64,000 bases of DNA. Origin: Escherichia coli (GTDB lineage: Bacteria; Pseudomonadota; Gammaproteobacteria; Enterobacterales; Enterobacteriaceae). The notes beneath the pieces are model-generated. The model saw only the letters and a list, made by a program, of their open reading frames with translations. It had not been told where the DNA came from and searched no databases. Shown here in pieces: positions 31,896 to 45,153 of the stretch; position 1 is the first letter of the stretch, and every line of letters begins with the position of its first letter. The translations under genes and the position numbers were made by a program. The stretch is taken from the NCBI RefSeq assembly GCF_044324785.1, contig NZ_CP172127.1; one strand, given 5' to 3'.

Positions 31896-33185
31896 ATGAA
31901 AGTATTAGTGATTGGTAACGGCGGGCGCGAGCACGCGCTGGCCTGGAAAGCGGCCCAGTCGCCGCTGGTTGAAACTGTTTTTGTTGCTCCGGGTAATGCA
32001 GGCACTGCGCTGGAACCCACACTGCAAAACGTCGCTATCGGCGTAACCGATATCCCGGCGCTGCTGGATTTCGCGCAAAACGAAAAGATCGATCTAACCA
32101 TCGTCGGCCCGGAAGCGCCGCTGGTGAAAGGCGTAGTGGATACCTTCCGCGCCGCCGGGCTGAAAATCTTCGGCCCAACCGCAGGTGCCGCGCAGCTGGA
32201 AGGCTCGAAAGCGTTTACCAAGGATTTCCTGGCCCGCCATCAGATCCCTACGGCGGAATACCAGAACTTCACCGAGGTAGAACCTGCGCTGGCGTATCTG
32301 CGTGAGAAAGGCGCGCCAATCGTCATTAAAGCTGACGGTCTGGCTGCCGGGAAAGGCGTTATCGTGGCGATGACGCAGGAAGAAGCGGAAGCGGCTGTTC
32401 ACGATATGCTGGCGGGCAACGCTTTTGGCGACGCGGGGCATCGCATCGTTATCGAAGAGTTCCTCGACGGCGAAGAAGCGAGCTTTATCGTGATGGTGGA
32501 CGGTGAGCATGTGCTGCCGATGGCCACCAGCCAGGATCACAAACGCGTAGGCGATAAAGATACCGGGCCGAACACCGGCGGGATGGGCGCTTACTCCCCT
32601 GCGCCAGTAGTGACCGATGAGGTTCATCAGCGCACGATGGAACGAATCATCTGGCCAACCGTGAAAGGCATGGCGGCAGAAGGCAACACCTACACCGGTT
32701 TTCTCTACGCGGGCCTGATGATCGACAAACAGGGCAATCCGAAGGTTATCGAATTTAACTGCCGCTTTGGCGATCCGGAAACCCAGCCGATTATGCTGCG
32801 CATGAAGTCCGATCTGGTTGAGCTCTGCCTGGCAGCCTGTGAAGGTACGCTTGACGAGAAAACGTCCGAGTGGGATGAACGCGCTTCTCTCGGCGTGGTG
32901 ATGGCTGCGGGTGGATATCCGGGCGATTACCGCACCGGCGATGTGATCCACGGCCTGCCGCTGGAAGAAGTGTCTGACGGCAAAGTGTTCCACGCGGGCA
33001 CGAAACTGGCGGATGACGAGCAGGTAGTGACCAGCGGCGGGCGCGTACTGTGCGTCACCGCGCTGGGTCATACTGTGGCAGAAGCGCAGAAACGCGCTTA
33101 TGCCTTAATGACCGATATCCATTGGGACGACTGCTTCTGCCGGAAAGATATCGGCTGGCGCGCTATCGAACGCGAGCAGAACTAA
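31896..33185 (+). CDS. purD: Phosphoribosylamine-glycine ligase
   Basis: 429 aa from MKVLVIGNGGREHALAWK...; ATP-grasp fold. Confidence 0.95.
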   Translation: MKVLVIGNGGREHALAWKAAQSPLVETVFVAPGNAGTALEPTLQNVAIGVTDIPALLDFAQNEKIDLTIVGPEAPLVKGVVDTFRAAGLKIFGPTAGAAQLEGSKAFTKDFLARHQIPTAEYQNFTEVEPALAYLREKGAPIVIKADGLAAGKGVIVAMTQEEAEAAVHDMLAGNAFGDAGHRIVIEEFLDGEEASFIVMVDGEHVLPMATSQDHKRVGDKDTGPNTGGMGAYSPAPVVTDEVHQRTMERIIWPTVKGMAAEGNTYTGFLYAGLMIDKQGNPKVIEFNCRFGDPETQPIMLRMKSDLVELCLAACEGTLDEKTSEWDERASLGVVMAAGGYPGDYRTGDVIHGLPLEEVSDGKVFHAGTKLADDEQVVTSGGRVLCVTALGHTVAEAQKRAYALMTDIHWDDCFCRKDIGWRAIEREQN

Positions 33186-34507
33186 CGCGACAGTTTTGCC
33201 AAGAGCGTTTTGCGCGTGATCCCTAACTGACGGGCGGCTTCGGTTTTGTTGCCGCCCGTTTTCTCCAGTGCCGCAAGAATCACCTCTTTTTCGACTTCCA
33301 CCAGCGGCTGAATATCCTGACTTTGTACCAGCGGGATCGGCGTACTCGCAATCGCCAGCGGCAGCTCGCGTTCGGAAATATATTCCCCGGTCAGCAGCAC
33401 CACCGCCCGTTCCACCGCGTTTTCCAGTTCACGAATATTTCCCGGCCAGTCGTAGTGAATCAGCAGATCCATCGCCTGGGGCGTAAAACCTTTTACCGCC
33501 TTGCGATTACGCTCGGCAAAGCGCTGAAGAAAATGGTTTGCCAGCAGAGGAATATCTTCCCGCCGCTGACGCAGCGACGGAACTTCAATCGCCACCACGT
33601 TCAGGCGATAGTAGAGATCCTGGCGAAAACGCCCGGCATTCACCTCTGCGGCAAGATCGCGATGAGTCGCCGCAATCAGCCGGACATCAACCGAGATGGT
33701 CTGGTTGCTGCCGACACGCTGAACTTCGCGCTCCTGAATCGCACGCAGCAGACGAACCTGCATCATCGGCGAGATATCGCCAATTTCATCGAGAAACAGC
33801 GTGCCGCCGTCCGCCTCAACAAAGCGCCCTTCCCGGCGTTTGTCGGCTCCGGTAAACGCCCCTTTTTCGTGACCGAACAATTCAGATTCCAGCAAGGATT
33901 CGTTGAGTGCCGCACAGTTGAGCGTTACCAGTGGTTTTTCACTCCGTGCGCTACTGGCGTGAATCGCCCTGGCGACCAGCTCTTTACCGGTGCCGGAATC
34001 GCCGTGGATCAGCACTGTGGCTTCCGATGGCGCGACGAGGGCGATTTCACTGAGCAGGTGTTGCATCGCCGGGCTTTTACCGACCATACCGAACTGGCTG
34101 GCAGACACCGCAGGCGTTTCAGCGTCAATACTGTGCGTATGCGCGAGCACCTTTTCCAGCGTCGCCTGCAGGTTATCGAAATCCAGCGGCTTGATGAGAT
34201 AATCCAGCGCCCCGGTTTTCAGTGCCTCTACCGCCGTCTCGACGCTGGAGTATGCGGTCATAATCAGTACCGGAATCGCCGGATTTAACGCTTTGATCTC
34301 TTTTAGCGTGGCAATGCCGTCCATCTCCGCCATTCGCACATCGCAAAGCACAAGATCAAAAACTCGCTCCCGCACCTGTTCCAGCGCCTGTCGCCCGCTG
34401 TTCGCCAGCGCGACGTTATAGCCCCAGCCGCGCAGTAAAGCCTGCAAAATAGTGCAGTGGCTAATGTCATCATCCACCACCAGAATATCGATATTATCGT
34501 GCGTCAT
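33182..34507 (-). CDS. zraR: Sigma-54-dependent response regulator ZraR (HydG)
   Basis: 441 aa; receiver domain, AAA+ sigma54-activator domain (GESGTGKE, GAFTGA) and C-terminal HTH. Confidence 0.95.
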   Translation of the reverse strand: MTHDNIDILVVDDDISHCTILQALLRGWGYNVALANSGRQALEQVRERVFDLVLCDVRMAEMDGIATLKEIKALNPAIPVLIMTAYSSVETAVEALKTGALDYLIKPLDFDNLQATLEKVLAHTHSIDAETPAVSASQFGMVGKSPAMQHLLSEIALVAPSEATVLIHGDSGTGKELVARAIHASSARSEKPLVTLNCAALNESLLESELFGHEKGAFTGADKRREGRFVEADGGTLFLDEIGDISPMMQVRLLRAIQEREVQRVGSNQTISVDVRLIAATHRDLAAEVNAGRFRQDLYYRLNVVAIEVPSLRQRREDIPLLANHFLQRFAERNRKAVKGFTPQAMDLLIHYDWPGNIRELENAVERAVVLLTGEYISERELPLAIASTPIPLVQSQDIQPLVEVEKEVILAALEKTGGNKTEAARQLGITRKTLLAKLSR

Positions 34508-35880
34508 CCTTGTGGGTCCTTACGCGTAATATTGACCGGAAGCCAGAGGGTGAACGTTGCGCCTTTTCCCTCCTGGCTTGCGACCTGAATTGTACCACCG
34601 TGTTGTTCAACAATATTATGCACGACCGCCAGCCCCAGTCCGGTACCTTCGGCTTTGGTGGTGAAGTACGGGGTGAAGATGGCTTCAAGCTGATCTGCCG
34701 CAATTCCCTTACCGCTGTCGGTAACGCTGATTTTCACGCCCGCGCCGCTTTCGCTGGCCGTCACGCTAATCACGCCATGCTGACCAATCGCCTGAATAGC
34801 ATTGAGATAGAGATTCAACAGGACCTGAGTCAGCCTGTCCGGATCGGCCTGAATTTCCGGTAATGTGTCGTTGGCGGTAAAGCGTAACTGGATCTCCCGG
34901 CTGTTTGCATCCTGGCTTACCAGCTGTAATGAGTGGTTAATCAGCGTGTTGAGATCCACCGCCTGCAAAGCCAGATGCGTTGGCTTGACCAGTTCCAGCA
35001 ACTCGCTTACCACGCGGTTTAAACGGTCGGCTTCTTTCGCCATCACCTGCGCCAGTTGATGCGCTTCTCCCCCTGCTGGCGCACGTTCGGCAAAGTATTT
35101 CGCCAGCCCTTTAATCGAGGAAAGTGGGTTACGGATTTCGTGGGCGACGCCTGCCGCAAGATGCCCCAGTGCCACCAGCTTCTCTTTGCGCTTCATTTCA
35201 TCCTGCAATAGCTGCCGCGAGCGCAGATATCGGCGATACCAGAAGAATGACAACACGCTTGCCAGCAAGACCGTCGCCAGAGCGAAGAGGATAATCAGGG
35301 TATTTCTCTGCTCACGATCCTCAGCACTCACAATGTTACTGGCGTCGAAAGCGATAAAAATTGCTTGTGGTGTCGCGGCATACTGCTGCATATGGCGCAT
35401 CCGGTGCATTCCAGCAGCAAACATCGGTTGAAACTGGCGATAAATTTCCAGAACAGGCTCGCCGTCTGCGCTATCGATCCGCCGCCACGCTTCTTCATCT
35501 CCCGGATGTAACTGCTGCATTTTCTGCGGGGAATAAAGCTGTTTTCCCACCATGCCGGAGTTGCTATGCATCACGATTGTTCCTTGTTCATCCGTGACCG
35601 CAAACCAACGTACACCAGGCTGCCCGGCCATTTCTTCCAGTAATGCCTGCTGCTGCGCATGATGCATGCGCATCCCCATGCCGACGCGCGAGCCGGATTC
35701 GAGAGCACGGATAAGTACACTGCCTTTTTCCAGCTGCGTTTGTCTGGCGGCGGCAGTCTCGCGCCCATAATCGCGAATCACTGTCACCGCAAACAGCCCC
35801 ACCAGCCCAACAATGACCACGGGGAGGATCGCGCTTAACCATTTAGCTAAGGAATCTTTAGAACGTTGCATAAAACGCAT
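34504..35880 (-). CDS. zraS: Sensor histidine kinase ZraS (HydH)
   Basis: 458 aa; transmembrane sensor, H-box (HEIRNPL) and ATPase domain; start overlaps the zraR... stop region. Confidence 0.9.
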   Translation of the reverse strand: MRFMQRSKDSLAKWLSAILPVVIVGLVGLFAVTVIRDYGRETAAARQTQLEKGSVLIRALESGSRVGMGMRMHHAQQQALLEEMAGQPGVRWFAVTDEQGTIVMHSNSGMVGKQLYSPQKMQQLHPGDEEAWRRIDSADGEPVLEIYRQFQPMFAAGMHRMRHMQQYAATPQAIFIAFDASNIVSAEDREQRNTLIILFALATVLLASVLSFFWYRRYLRSRQLLQDEMKRKEKLVALGHLAAGVAHEIRNPLSSIKGLAKYFAERAPAGGEAHQLAQVMAKEADRLNRVVSELLELVKPTHLALQAVDLNTLINHSLQLVSQDANSREIQLRFTANDTLPEIQADPDRLTQVLLNLYLNAIQAIGQHGVISVTASESGAGVKISVTDSGKGIAADQLEAIFTPYFTTKAEGTGLGLAVVHNIVEQHGGTIQVASQEGKGATFTLWLPVNITRKDPQG

Positions 35881-35911
35881 CTTCTTCTTTGCCTGCTCAT
35901 CCCTTTCTGAC

Positions 35912-35929
35912 AGCAGAAATCATGCCATC
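35912..35929 (-). promoter_or_regulatory. Sigma-54 promoter for zraSR
   Basis: Minus-strand TGGCATgatttCTGCT with GG-N10-GC spacing. Confidence 0.6.
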
Positions 35930-35978
35930 TTTTAGCAGCGCTTACCCTGCGCTGTAACACAAAGACTTAAGTTTCAAT

Positions 35979-36024
35979 GAGTAAAAATGACTCGCCACCC
36001 ACAGCAGGCGAGTCATTTTTACTC
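35979..36024. promoter_or_regulatory. ZraR upstream activator site: large inverted repeat
   Basis: gagtaaaaatgactcgcc-N10-ggcgagtcatttttactc, perfect 18-bp arms between the divergent sigma-54 promoters. Confidence 0.7.
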
Positions 36025-36065
36025 GTTTATCATGCCAGATTACCCGTCATATCAGCGTTTCGTTG

Positions 36066-36082
36066 TTGGCACGAAAGATGCA
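36066..36082 (+). promoter_or_regulatory. Sigma-54 promoter for zraP
   Basis: TGGCACgaaagaTGCA, near-consensus -24/-12 elements, about 35 nt upstream of the zraP ATG. Confidence 0.75.
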
Positions 36083-36117
36083 ATACCCAAAGTAAGACAA
36101 CCACTGGAGGATTAACC

Positions 36118-36543
36118 ATGAAACGGAACACGAAAATTGCCCTGGTGATGATGGCGCTTTCAGCAATGGCGATGGGATCGACATCTGCATTTGCTCACGG
36201 CGGACACGGGATGTGGCAACAAAATGCCGCGCCCTTGACCAGCGAACAACAAACAGCGTGGCAGAAAATCCATAATGACTTTTACGCTCAAAGCAGCGCA
36301 CTGCAACAGCAACTGGTGACGAAGCGTTATGAATACAATGCCCTGTTAGCCGCGAACCCACCGGATAGCAGCAAAATTAACGCGGTCGCCAAAGAGATGG
36401 AGGCTTTGCGTCAGTCGTTAGATGAGTTACGGGTGAAACGGGATATTGCGATGGCTGAAGCGGGTATTCCGCGCGGAGCCGGAATGGGCATGGGCTACGG
36501 CGGCTGCGGTGGTGGCGGTCATATGGGTATGGGCCACTGGTAA
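36118..36543 (+). CDS. zraP: Zinc-resistance-associated periplasmic chaperone ZraP
   Basis: 141 aa from MKRNTKIALVMMALSAMAMG... with GGAGG RBS; signal peptide; Gly/His/Met-rich C-terminus. Confidence 0.9.
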   Translation: MKRNTKIALVMMALSAMAMGSTSAFAHGGHGMWQQNAAPLTSEQQTAWQKIHNDFYAQSSALQQQLVTKRYEYNALLAANPPDSSKINAVAKEMEALRQSLDELRVKRDIAMAEAGIPRGAGMGMGYGGCGGGGHMGMGHW

Positions 36544-36544
36544 A

Positions 36545-37246
36545 TCAGAACGTTTTCTCGTTGGGTTGCCAGCGACAGAAATCAGAGTTTGCCACTAACA
36601 GTAATTGCGAACCTTCGGGCGCTTCCAGCCATGCCACGCTGACATCAACAGAAGAGCGGCTCTGGCGGCGCTCGATATGCGCTATCGCCTGCGAATCTAA
36701 ATCAGGTTTAATGGTTTGCCCTTCGCAGGTGGTCACGGTCTGTTCCATCGCATGCCAGCGCCCCTGGCGCAGCACGACTCTTCCCTGACGTAAGGCATCG
36801 CTAATCTGGCGGATCTGATCAGCACGATAACGGTATAAATCGATTTGGTCGTTAGAAAGCTGCTGCTTTTCCCCATCGGATTCACGTTGCATAAAGCTCA
36901 GATCGCCGCGATCGTCAAAACGCGCGCGAATGTTCACCGGCGGTTTGCTGTAAACATTGATATTGATGAGCGTGAGGTTATCGCCCTGCCAGCGATACTC
37001 TCGCGTCGTGGTATCGCCACTGCGCCACGGGCTAAACACGGCAAGCAGATGCACATTATCGCCACTGTCTTTTCGCCAGATGCGTACCGCGCCCTGGTCT
37101 TCAGCAAATCCACTGGCGGTAAAGGGAGGAAGTGAAGAGTTGTGACTACAGGCAGTGAGAAACAGAGCGCCAGCCAGCATCAATGATCGACGCCAGAAAG
37201 ACAAAAGGGGTGAAACCACCCCTTCGTTAAAACTGTTCACTGCCAC
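36545..37246 (-). CDS. yjaH: DUF1481 family protein
   Basis: 233-aa ORF; conserved neighbour of hupA. Confidence 0.75.
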   Translation of the reverse strand: MAVNSFNEGVVSPLLSFWRRSLMLAGALFLTACSHNSSLPPFTASGFAEDQGAVRIWRKDSGDNVHLLAVFSPWRSGDTTTREYRWQGDNLTLININVYSKPPVNIRARFDDRGDLSFMQRESDGEKQQLSNDQIDLYRYRADQIRQISDALRQGRVVLRQGRWHAMEQTVTTCEGQTIKPDLDSQAIAHIERRQSRSSVDVSVAWLEAPEGSQLLLVANSDFCRWQPNEKTF

Positions 37247-37252
37247 GCAATC

Positions 37253-37525
37253 TTACTTAACTGCGTCTTTCAGTGCCTTGCCAGAAACAAATGCCGGTAC
37301 GTTAGCTGCGGCAATTTTGATTTCTTTACCGGTCTGCGGGTTGCGGCCAGTACGCTCAGCGCGGTGGTTCACTTTGAAGGTACCGAAACCAACCAGTTGT
37401 ACAGCATCGCCTTCTTTCAGAGACTCAGTAATTGCAGCCAGAGTGGACTCCAGAGCAGCTTTAGCCTGGGTTTTGGACAGTTCTGCTTTCTCTGCAATTA
37501 CATCAATCAGTTGAGTCTTGTTCAT
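37253..37525 (-). CDS. hupA: Nucleoid protein HU-alpha
   Basis: 90-aa [93 protein letters not shown]. Confidence 0.97.
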
Positions 37526-37711
37526 AAGTTATCCTTACAATGTGTTTATCGCTTGCTAAGCATCGAGTGCGACGGAAATGCCAGAATAGCACTCTCCTGC
37601 ATACACGCACCGATAGCCACTTTTTTTCGCCCCCCAAATGTAGACCAGACGGGGGGCGAAAGGGAAGACTCCAGGTACGACAAATCAGGCGTTAAATCAC
37701 GTTTTCTGGTC

Positions 37712-38302
37712 TTATTGCTGAAAAATTATACCAATATTGCTCTCACCCGCCTCACGCAGGTCTGCCCTAAGGCCTTTTATCAGCTCGATATCGCGTTCTT
37801 CGCACTCAGCTAAAAGTCGGAATATTTCCCACTGAATATCCCATTCTTGCTCTACAGCTGGGTTTTCTTTGAGCTCTTCATCGCTCATTTCGCGACCAGC
37901 CTGAGTCATTTCCAGCATCGCAACGGTCGTGATGGAGGTCTTACTCACTTCCACCGCGTGTTCGAGCGTTTCACCACTCAAACGCGAATGGACCAGTTCA
38001 CTTAACGCCACGCATGCATCGATTGCCGGATAAACGCCGTACAGATCGAAATCGTCGGCTGAAGGAATCGCTTCTTCAAATTTCTCCAGTTGGCTGTCGA
38101 AATTTACTTTTGCGTCTTTAACGGTCAGCGTTTCCCAGATGAGATCGAGAATACGGCGGTAAATTTGCCCATCACCAAAACCGGTTTGCTGGCAGAACAT
38201 GGCGTAATTGGGGTACATGCGTTCGCATAAGCAAGCCATGAAAGTGACATGCTGCCAGCTTTCCAGGCGCTCCAGACGCAGATGAATTGGGTTTTGTAAC
38301 AT
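37712..38302 (-). CDS. yjaG: DUF416 family protein
   Basis: 196-aa ORF; conserved position between nfi and hupA. Confidence 0.8.
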   Translation of the reverse strand: MLQNPIHLRLERLESWQHVTFMACLCERMYPNYAMFCQQTGFGDGQIYRRILDLIWETLTVKDAKVNFDSQLEKFEEAIPSADDFDLYGVYPAIDACVALSELVHSRLSGETLEHAVEVSKTSITTVAMLEMTQAGREMSDEELKENPAVEQEWDIQWEIFRLLAECEERDIELIKGLRADLREAGESNIGIIFQQ

Positions 38303-38344
38303 GTTGAGTTCTCAAATACGGAAATTATCCGCAGTTTACCTGAA

Positions 38345-39016
38345 TTAGGGCTGATTTGCTGTATAGCGCACGAACGCCGGACGTTCCGAGGCCACCGCGT
38401 CCGCCCAGCGCGTTGGCTCCGGCAGACGATAGCCTTTCATGCAGCGTTGTACCCACGCCAGCGCGCTGTCCACGCTGACCCGATGGCCGGTAGTGATAAA
38501 CAACGGGTTACAGCGCGCTTTGCTGCGCCAGACCCAGGCCAGCTGCTCGCCTTTATCCATCAGAGGGGCCAGCGCGCCCGGTTCGCTGGAGAGCGGTTCG
38601 AATTTACCGCAGAGCCGTTTTTTCGCCACGCCAATGGTCGGCACATCCACCAGCAAACCAAAGTGGCTGGCGACGCCAAGACGGCGAGGATGCGAGATCC
38701 CGTGACCATCGACAAACACTAAATCCGGCTTTTGCGACAGCATCTCCCACGCTGCCAGCAGCGCAGGATATTCGCGGAAGGAAAGAAAACCTGGAATGTA
38801 AGGCATGGTGGTGGCGATGCGGGCCACTTTATACTCCACCAGCTCAAGCGAGGGGTATTTCAGCAGCACCATCGCCGCTCGCGTCACTTCTCCGCCCTGC
38901 TCAAACCCAACATCGGCTCCGGCGATCAGATCCGGCGGATCTTTATCGAGTCGATCCTCACGGATCACAGAAGAAGCCAGTTCAATTTGTTGAGCGCGTA
39001 ATGACGCGAGATCCAT
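38345..39016 (-). CDS. nfi: Endonuclease V
   Basis: 223-aa [43 protein letters not shown]... Confidence 0.92.
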   Translation of the reverse strand: MDLASLRAQQIELASSVIREDRLDKDPPDLIAGADVGFEQGGEVTRAAMVLLKYPSLELVEYKVARIATTMPYIPGFLSFREYPALLAAWEMLSQKPDLVFVDGHGISHPRRLGVASHFGLLVDVPTIGVAKKRLCGKFEPLSSEPGALAPLMDKGEQLAWVWRSKARCNPLFITTGHRVSVDSALAWVQRCMKGYRLPEPTRWADAVASERPAFVRYTANQP

Positions 39017-39025
39017 AATCGCTCC

Positions 39026-40090
39026 TTAGCGGTGATATTGTTCAGACAAGCGATGCACTGCCTCCACAAACACGCCAGCATGTTCTGGCGGCACATCCTG
39101 ATGAATGCCGTGACCAAGGTTAAAGACATGACCTTCGCCGTGACCGAAACCTGCAAGTATAGTCGCTACTTCTTCTTCAATGCGGGCTGGCGGCGCGTAC
39201 AGCATCGACGGATCCATATTGCCCTGCAACGCGACTTTATTGCCCACGCGGCGGCGCGCATCGGCGATGTCCGTTGTCCAGTCGAGGCCCAGCGCATCGC
39301 AACCGGTTTCTGCCATTGCTTCCAGCCACTGTCCGCCGCCTTTGGTAAACAGCGTGACCGGTACGCGGCGACCGTCGTTTTCACGCAGTAAACCATCAAC
39401 AATTCTATGCATGTAATAGAGCGAGAACTGTTGATAATCGCGCCCGGTAAGCACGCCGCCCCAGGTGTCGAAAATCATCACTGCCTGAGCACCGGCTTTA
39501 ATCTGCGCATTCAGATACAAAGTGACGCTTTTCGCCAGTTTATCGAGTAGCGCGTGCAGCGCCTGCGGATCGGCATACATCATTTTTTTGATCACGGTGA
39601 AGGCTTTGCTGCTGCCGCCTTCCACCATATAGGTCGCCAGCGTCCACGGGCTGCCGGAAAAACCAATCAGCGGCACTTCGCCTTTCAGTTTGCGACGAAT
39701 GGTACGCACCGCGTTCATCACGTAACCCAGCTCATCTTCCGGGTCCGGAATTGGCAGTTTATCGACGTCGGCTTTGCAGGTGACTGGCGAGGTAAAACGC
39801 GGACCTTCTCCGGCTTCAAAATAGAGCCCTAACCCCATCGCGTCCGGCACGGTGAGGATATCGGAAAAGAGGATCGCCGCATCCAGCGGGTAGCGACGCA
39901 GCGGTTGCAAAGTCACTTCGCACGCCAGCTCGGCGTTTTTGCACAGCGACATAAAATCGCCCGCCTGGGCGCGCGTGGCTTTATATTCCGGTAGATAGCG
40001 ACCCGCCTGGCGCATCATCCATACTGGAGTGACATCAACGGGCTGGCGCAGCAGCGCCCGCAGATAACGATCGTTTTTAAGTTCGGTCAT
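39026..40090 (-). CDS. hemE: Uroporphyrinogen decarboxylase
   Basis: 354-aa [39 protein letters not shown]... Confidence 0.95.
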   Translation of the reverse strand: MTELKNDRYLRALLRQPVDVTPVWMMRQAGRYLPEYKATRAQAGDFMSLCKNAELACEVTLQPLRRYPLDAAILFSDILTVPDAMGLGLYFEAGEGPRFTSPVTCKADVDKLPIPDPEDELGYVMNAVRTIRRKLKGEVPLIGFSGSPWTLATYMVEGGSSKAFTVIKKMMYADPQALHALLDKLAKSVTLYLNAQIKAGAQAVMIFDTWGGVLTGRDYQQFSLYYMHRIVDGLLRENDGRRVPVTLFTKGGGQWLEAMAETGCDALGLDWTTDIADARRRVGNKVALQGNMDPSMLYAPPARIEEEVATILAGFGHGEGHVFNLGHGIHQDVPPEHAGVFVEAVHRLSEQYHR

Positions 40091-40129
40091 TTTGGCTGTT
40101 CCTTAGTGCGTCAGGCGGTCAGTGTATCA

Positions 40130-40903
40130 TCACTCATACTCTGCCCGACACATCGCCACCGTATCTTCTATCAGACGGCGCGCTACGGTGCCGGGCGGCG
40201 GGAGTAACGGCAAATCGTCATAGCGATACCAGTTCGCCTCGAGCAATTCTTTCGGGTCGATAACGATCTCGCCGCTGTCGTATTCTGCCATAAACGCGGT
40301 CATTAAAGACTGAGGAAACGGCCACGGCTGGGAAGTCACGTAACGCAAGTTTTTAACTTTAATTCCGCTCTCTTCCATCACTTCCCGCGCGACAGCCTGC
40401 TCGAGGGTTTCGCCCACTTCGACGAATCCGGCAAGTACCGTATGGACACCGTTACGATGGCGGGTATGCTGGGCGAGGAGGATCGAATCATCGCGACGGA
40501 TGGCAACAATAATGCAGGGGGCGATTTGCGGATAGTAACGCTCACGGCAATGGCTGCACAGCATCGCCCATTCGGTTTTGCTTGGATACATTTCATGCCC
40601 GCAGTAACCACAGTATTTATGCGATCGGTAAAACTCCGCCAGTTGCACGCCACGTCCGGCCAGTTGAAACAGCCCAACATCGAGATCAATGACCTGACGT
40701 ACCGACCCCATATCGTGACGACGCTGCTGTTGTATTAACCAAACAGGTTCCCCCTGCCATTCGCCGATTTGTATTGCGCGCTGACCCACAAGATCGAAAT
40801 TTGCCGCTTCGCCATATGGCAATTCTCCCTTCGGCAACCATAATTTTTGTTCATGGCTGACGACCCACCAGCCGTGATCTAATTTTTCAATTATACGATC
40901 CAT
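40130..40903 (-). CDS. nudC: NADH pyrophosphatase (Nudix hydrolase)
   Basis: 257 aa; zinc ribbon (CGYCGH...CSHC) and Nudix box ([22 protein letters not shown]). Confidence 0.92.
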   Translation of the reverse strand: MDRIIEKLDHGWWVVSHEQKLWLPKGELPYGEAANFDLVGQRAIQIGEWQGEPVWLIQQQRRHDMGSVRQVIDLDVGLFQLAGRGVQLAEFYRSHKYCGYCGHEMYPSKTEWAMLCSHCRERYYPQIAPCIIVAIRRDDSILLAQHTRHRNGVHTVLAGFVEVGETLEQAVAREVMEESGIKVKNLRYVTSQPWPFPQSLMTAFMAEYDSGEIVIDPKELLEANWYRYDDLPLLPPPGTVARRLIEDTVAMCRAEYE

Positions 40904-40997
40904 AGCTCTTGCACTACCTTTGCATCACTGGCATGTTTAACATGGTTTTTACATTTCTCACTGAGCAGTTTTTGAATACAAACTTGCGGAGTCAATC

Positions 40998-41474
40998 ATG
41001 CTTAACCAGCTCGATAACCTGACGGAGCGCGTCAGAGGAAGTAACAAACTGGTTGATCGCTGGCTACATGTACGTAAGCATCTGCTCGTGGCTTACTACA
41101 ATCTGGTTGGCATTAAGCCTGGCAAAGAATCGTACATGAGGCTAAACGAAAAAGCCCTTGATGATTTTTGTCAGAGCCTGGTCGATTACTTGTCTGCCGG
41201 GCATTTCAGTATTTATGAGCGCATTCTTCATAAGCTGGAAGGCAACGGGCAACTCGCGCGCGCCGCGAAGATTTGGCCGCAACTCGAAGCCAATACCCAA
41301 CAGATTATGGATTACTACGATTCCAGCCTGGAAACCGCCATCGATCACGATAATTACCTTGAGTTTCAACAGGTTTTATCTGACATCGGCGAGGCGCTGG
41401 AAGCACGCTTTGTGCTGGAAGATAAGCTGATTCTGCTGGTGCTTGACGCCGCCCGCGTCAAACATCCTGCTTGA
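40998..41474 (+). CDS. rsd: Regulator of sigma D (anti-sigma-70)
   Basis: 158-aa ORF MLNQLDNLTERVRGSNKLVDRWLHVRKHLLVAYYNLVG... Confidence 0.92.
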   Translation: MLNQLDNLTERVRGSNKLVDRWLHVRKHLLVAYYNLVGIKPGKESYMRLNEKALDDFCQSLVDYLSAGHFSIYERILHKLEGNGQLARAAKIWPQLEANTQQIMDYYDSSLETAIDHDNYLEFQQVLSDIGEALEARFVLEDKLILLVLDAARVKHPA

Positions 41475-41504
41475 GTTCTGCGCTGTTAACGCGTAATTTA
41501 CATT

Positions 41505-41620
41505 CAACGCCCCGTTTGTGGGGGCTAATTTCTTGTCGGAGTGCCTTAACTGGCTGAGACCGTTTATTCGGGATCCGCGGAACCTGATCAGGCTAATACC
41601 TGCGAAGGGAACAAGAGTTA
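41505..41620 (+). promoter_or_regulatory. TPP (thi-box) riboswitch in the thiC leader
   Basis: Conserved thi-box elements ggggctaa..., CTGAGA, GGAACCTGATCAGGCTAATACCTGCGAAGGGA. Confidence 0.85.
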
Positions 41621-41704
41621 ATCTGCTATCGCATCGCCCCTGCGGCGATCGTCTCTTGCTTCATCCGTCGTCTGACAAGCCACGTCCTTAACTTTTTGGA
41701 ATGA

Positions 41705-44230
<2,526 letters not shown>

Positions 44231-44238
<8 letters not shown>

Positions 44239-44968
44239 CCGTGATTTTATGCGTTATAGCCGCCAAATCCTGCTCGACGATATCGCTCTTGACGGGCAGC
44301 AAAAACTGCTCGACAGCCAGGTGCTGATTATTGGTCTTGGCGGGCTGGGTACACCTGCTGCGCTGTACCTGGCGGGTGCTGGCGTCGGGACGCTGGTACT
44401 GGCAGATAACGACGATGTGCATTTAAGCAATCTGCAACGACAAATCCTCTTTACCACTGAAGATATCGATCGCCCGAAATCGCAGGTCAGCCAACAGCGA
44501 CTGACACAGTTGAATCCCGATATTCAACTGACAGCACTACAACAACGGTTAACGGGTGAGGCGCAAGCCGATGTGGTGCTCGACTGTACCGACAATATGG
44601 CGACTCGTCAGGAGATTAATACCGCCTGCGTGGCACTCAACACGCCGCTTATCACCGCCAGCGCGGTCGGATTTGGCGGTCAGTTGATGGTACTGACGCC
44701 GCCCTGGGAGCAGGGGTGTTACCGCTGCCTGTGGCCAGATAACCAGGAGCCTGAACGCAACTGCCGCACGGCGGGCGTGGTTGGCCCGGTGGTCGGGGTT
44801 ATGGGCACTTTGCAGGCACTGGAAGCCATTAAGTTATTAAGCGGTATAGAGACGCCTGCGGGAGAACTCCGACTGTTCGACGGTAAGTCGAGCCAGTGGC
44901 GCAGCCTGGCTTTGCGCCGCGCCAGTGGTTGCCCGGTATGCGGAGGAAGCAATGCAGATCCTGTTTAA
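44231..44968 (+). CDS. thiF: ThiS adenylyltransferase
   Basis: 245 aa from [15 protein letters not shown]...; E1-like Rossmann fold GLGGLG; the ORF track's longer form overlaps thiE. Confidence 0.9.
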
Positions 44969-45152
44969 CGATCAACCGATGCAGTGCGCCGCCGGGCAAA
45001 CGGTTCACGAACTACTGGAGCAACTCGACCAACGACAAGCGGGCGCGGCTCTGGCGATTAATCAGCAAATCGTCCCGCGTGAGCAGTGGGCGCAACATAT
45101 CGTGCAGGATGGCGACCAGATCCTGCTTTTTCAGGTTATTGCAGGGGGTTGA
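44952..45152 (+). CDS. thiS: Sulfur-carrier protein ThiS
   Basis: 66 aa [24 protein letters not shown]...[11 protein letters not shown] with C-terminal Gly-Gly. Confidence 0.92.
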   Translation: MQILFNDQPMQCAAGQTVHELLEQLDQRQAGAALAINQQIVPREQWAQHIVQDGDQILLFQVIAGG

Positions 45153-45153
45153 G

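Noticed and set aside
30646-34288. Antisense ORFs opposite purH (458 aa), purD (325 aa) and zraR (321 aa)
   Set aside because: Mirror images of confidently assigned genes; Arg/His-rich, compositionally biased translations typical of antisense frames.
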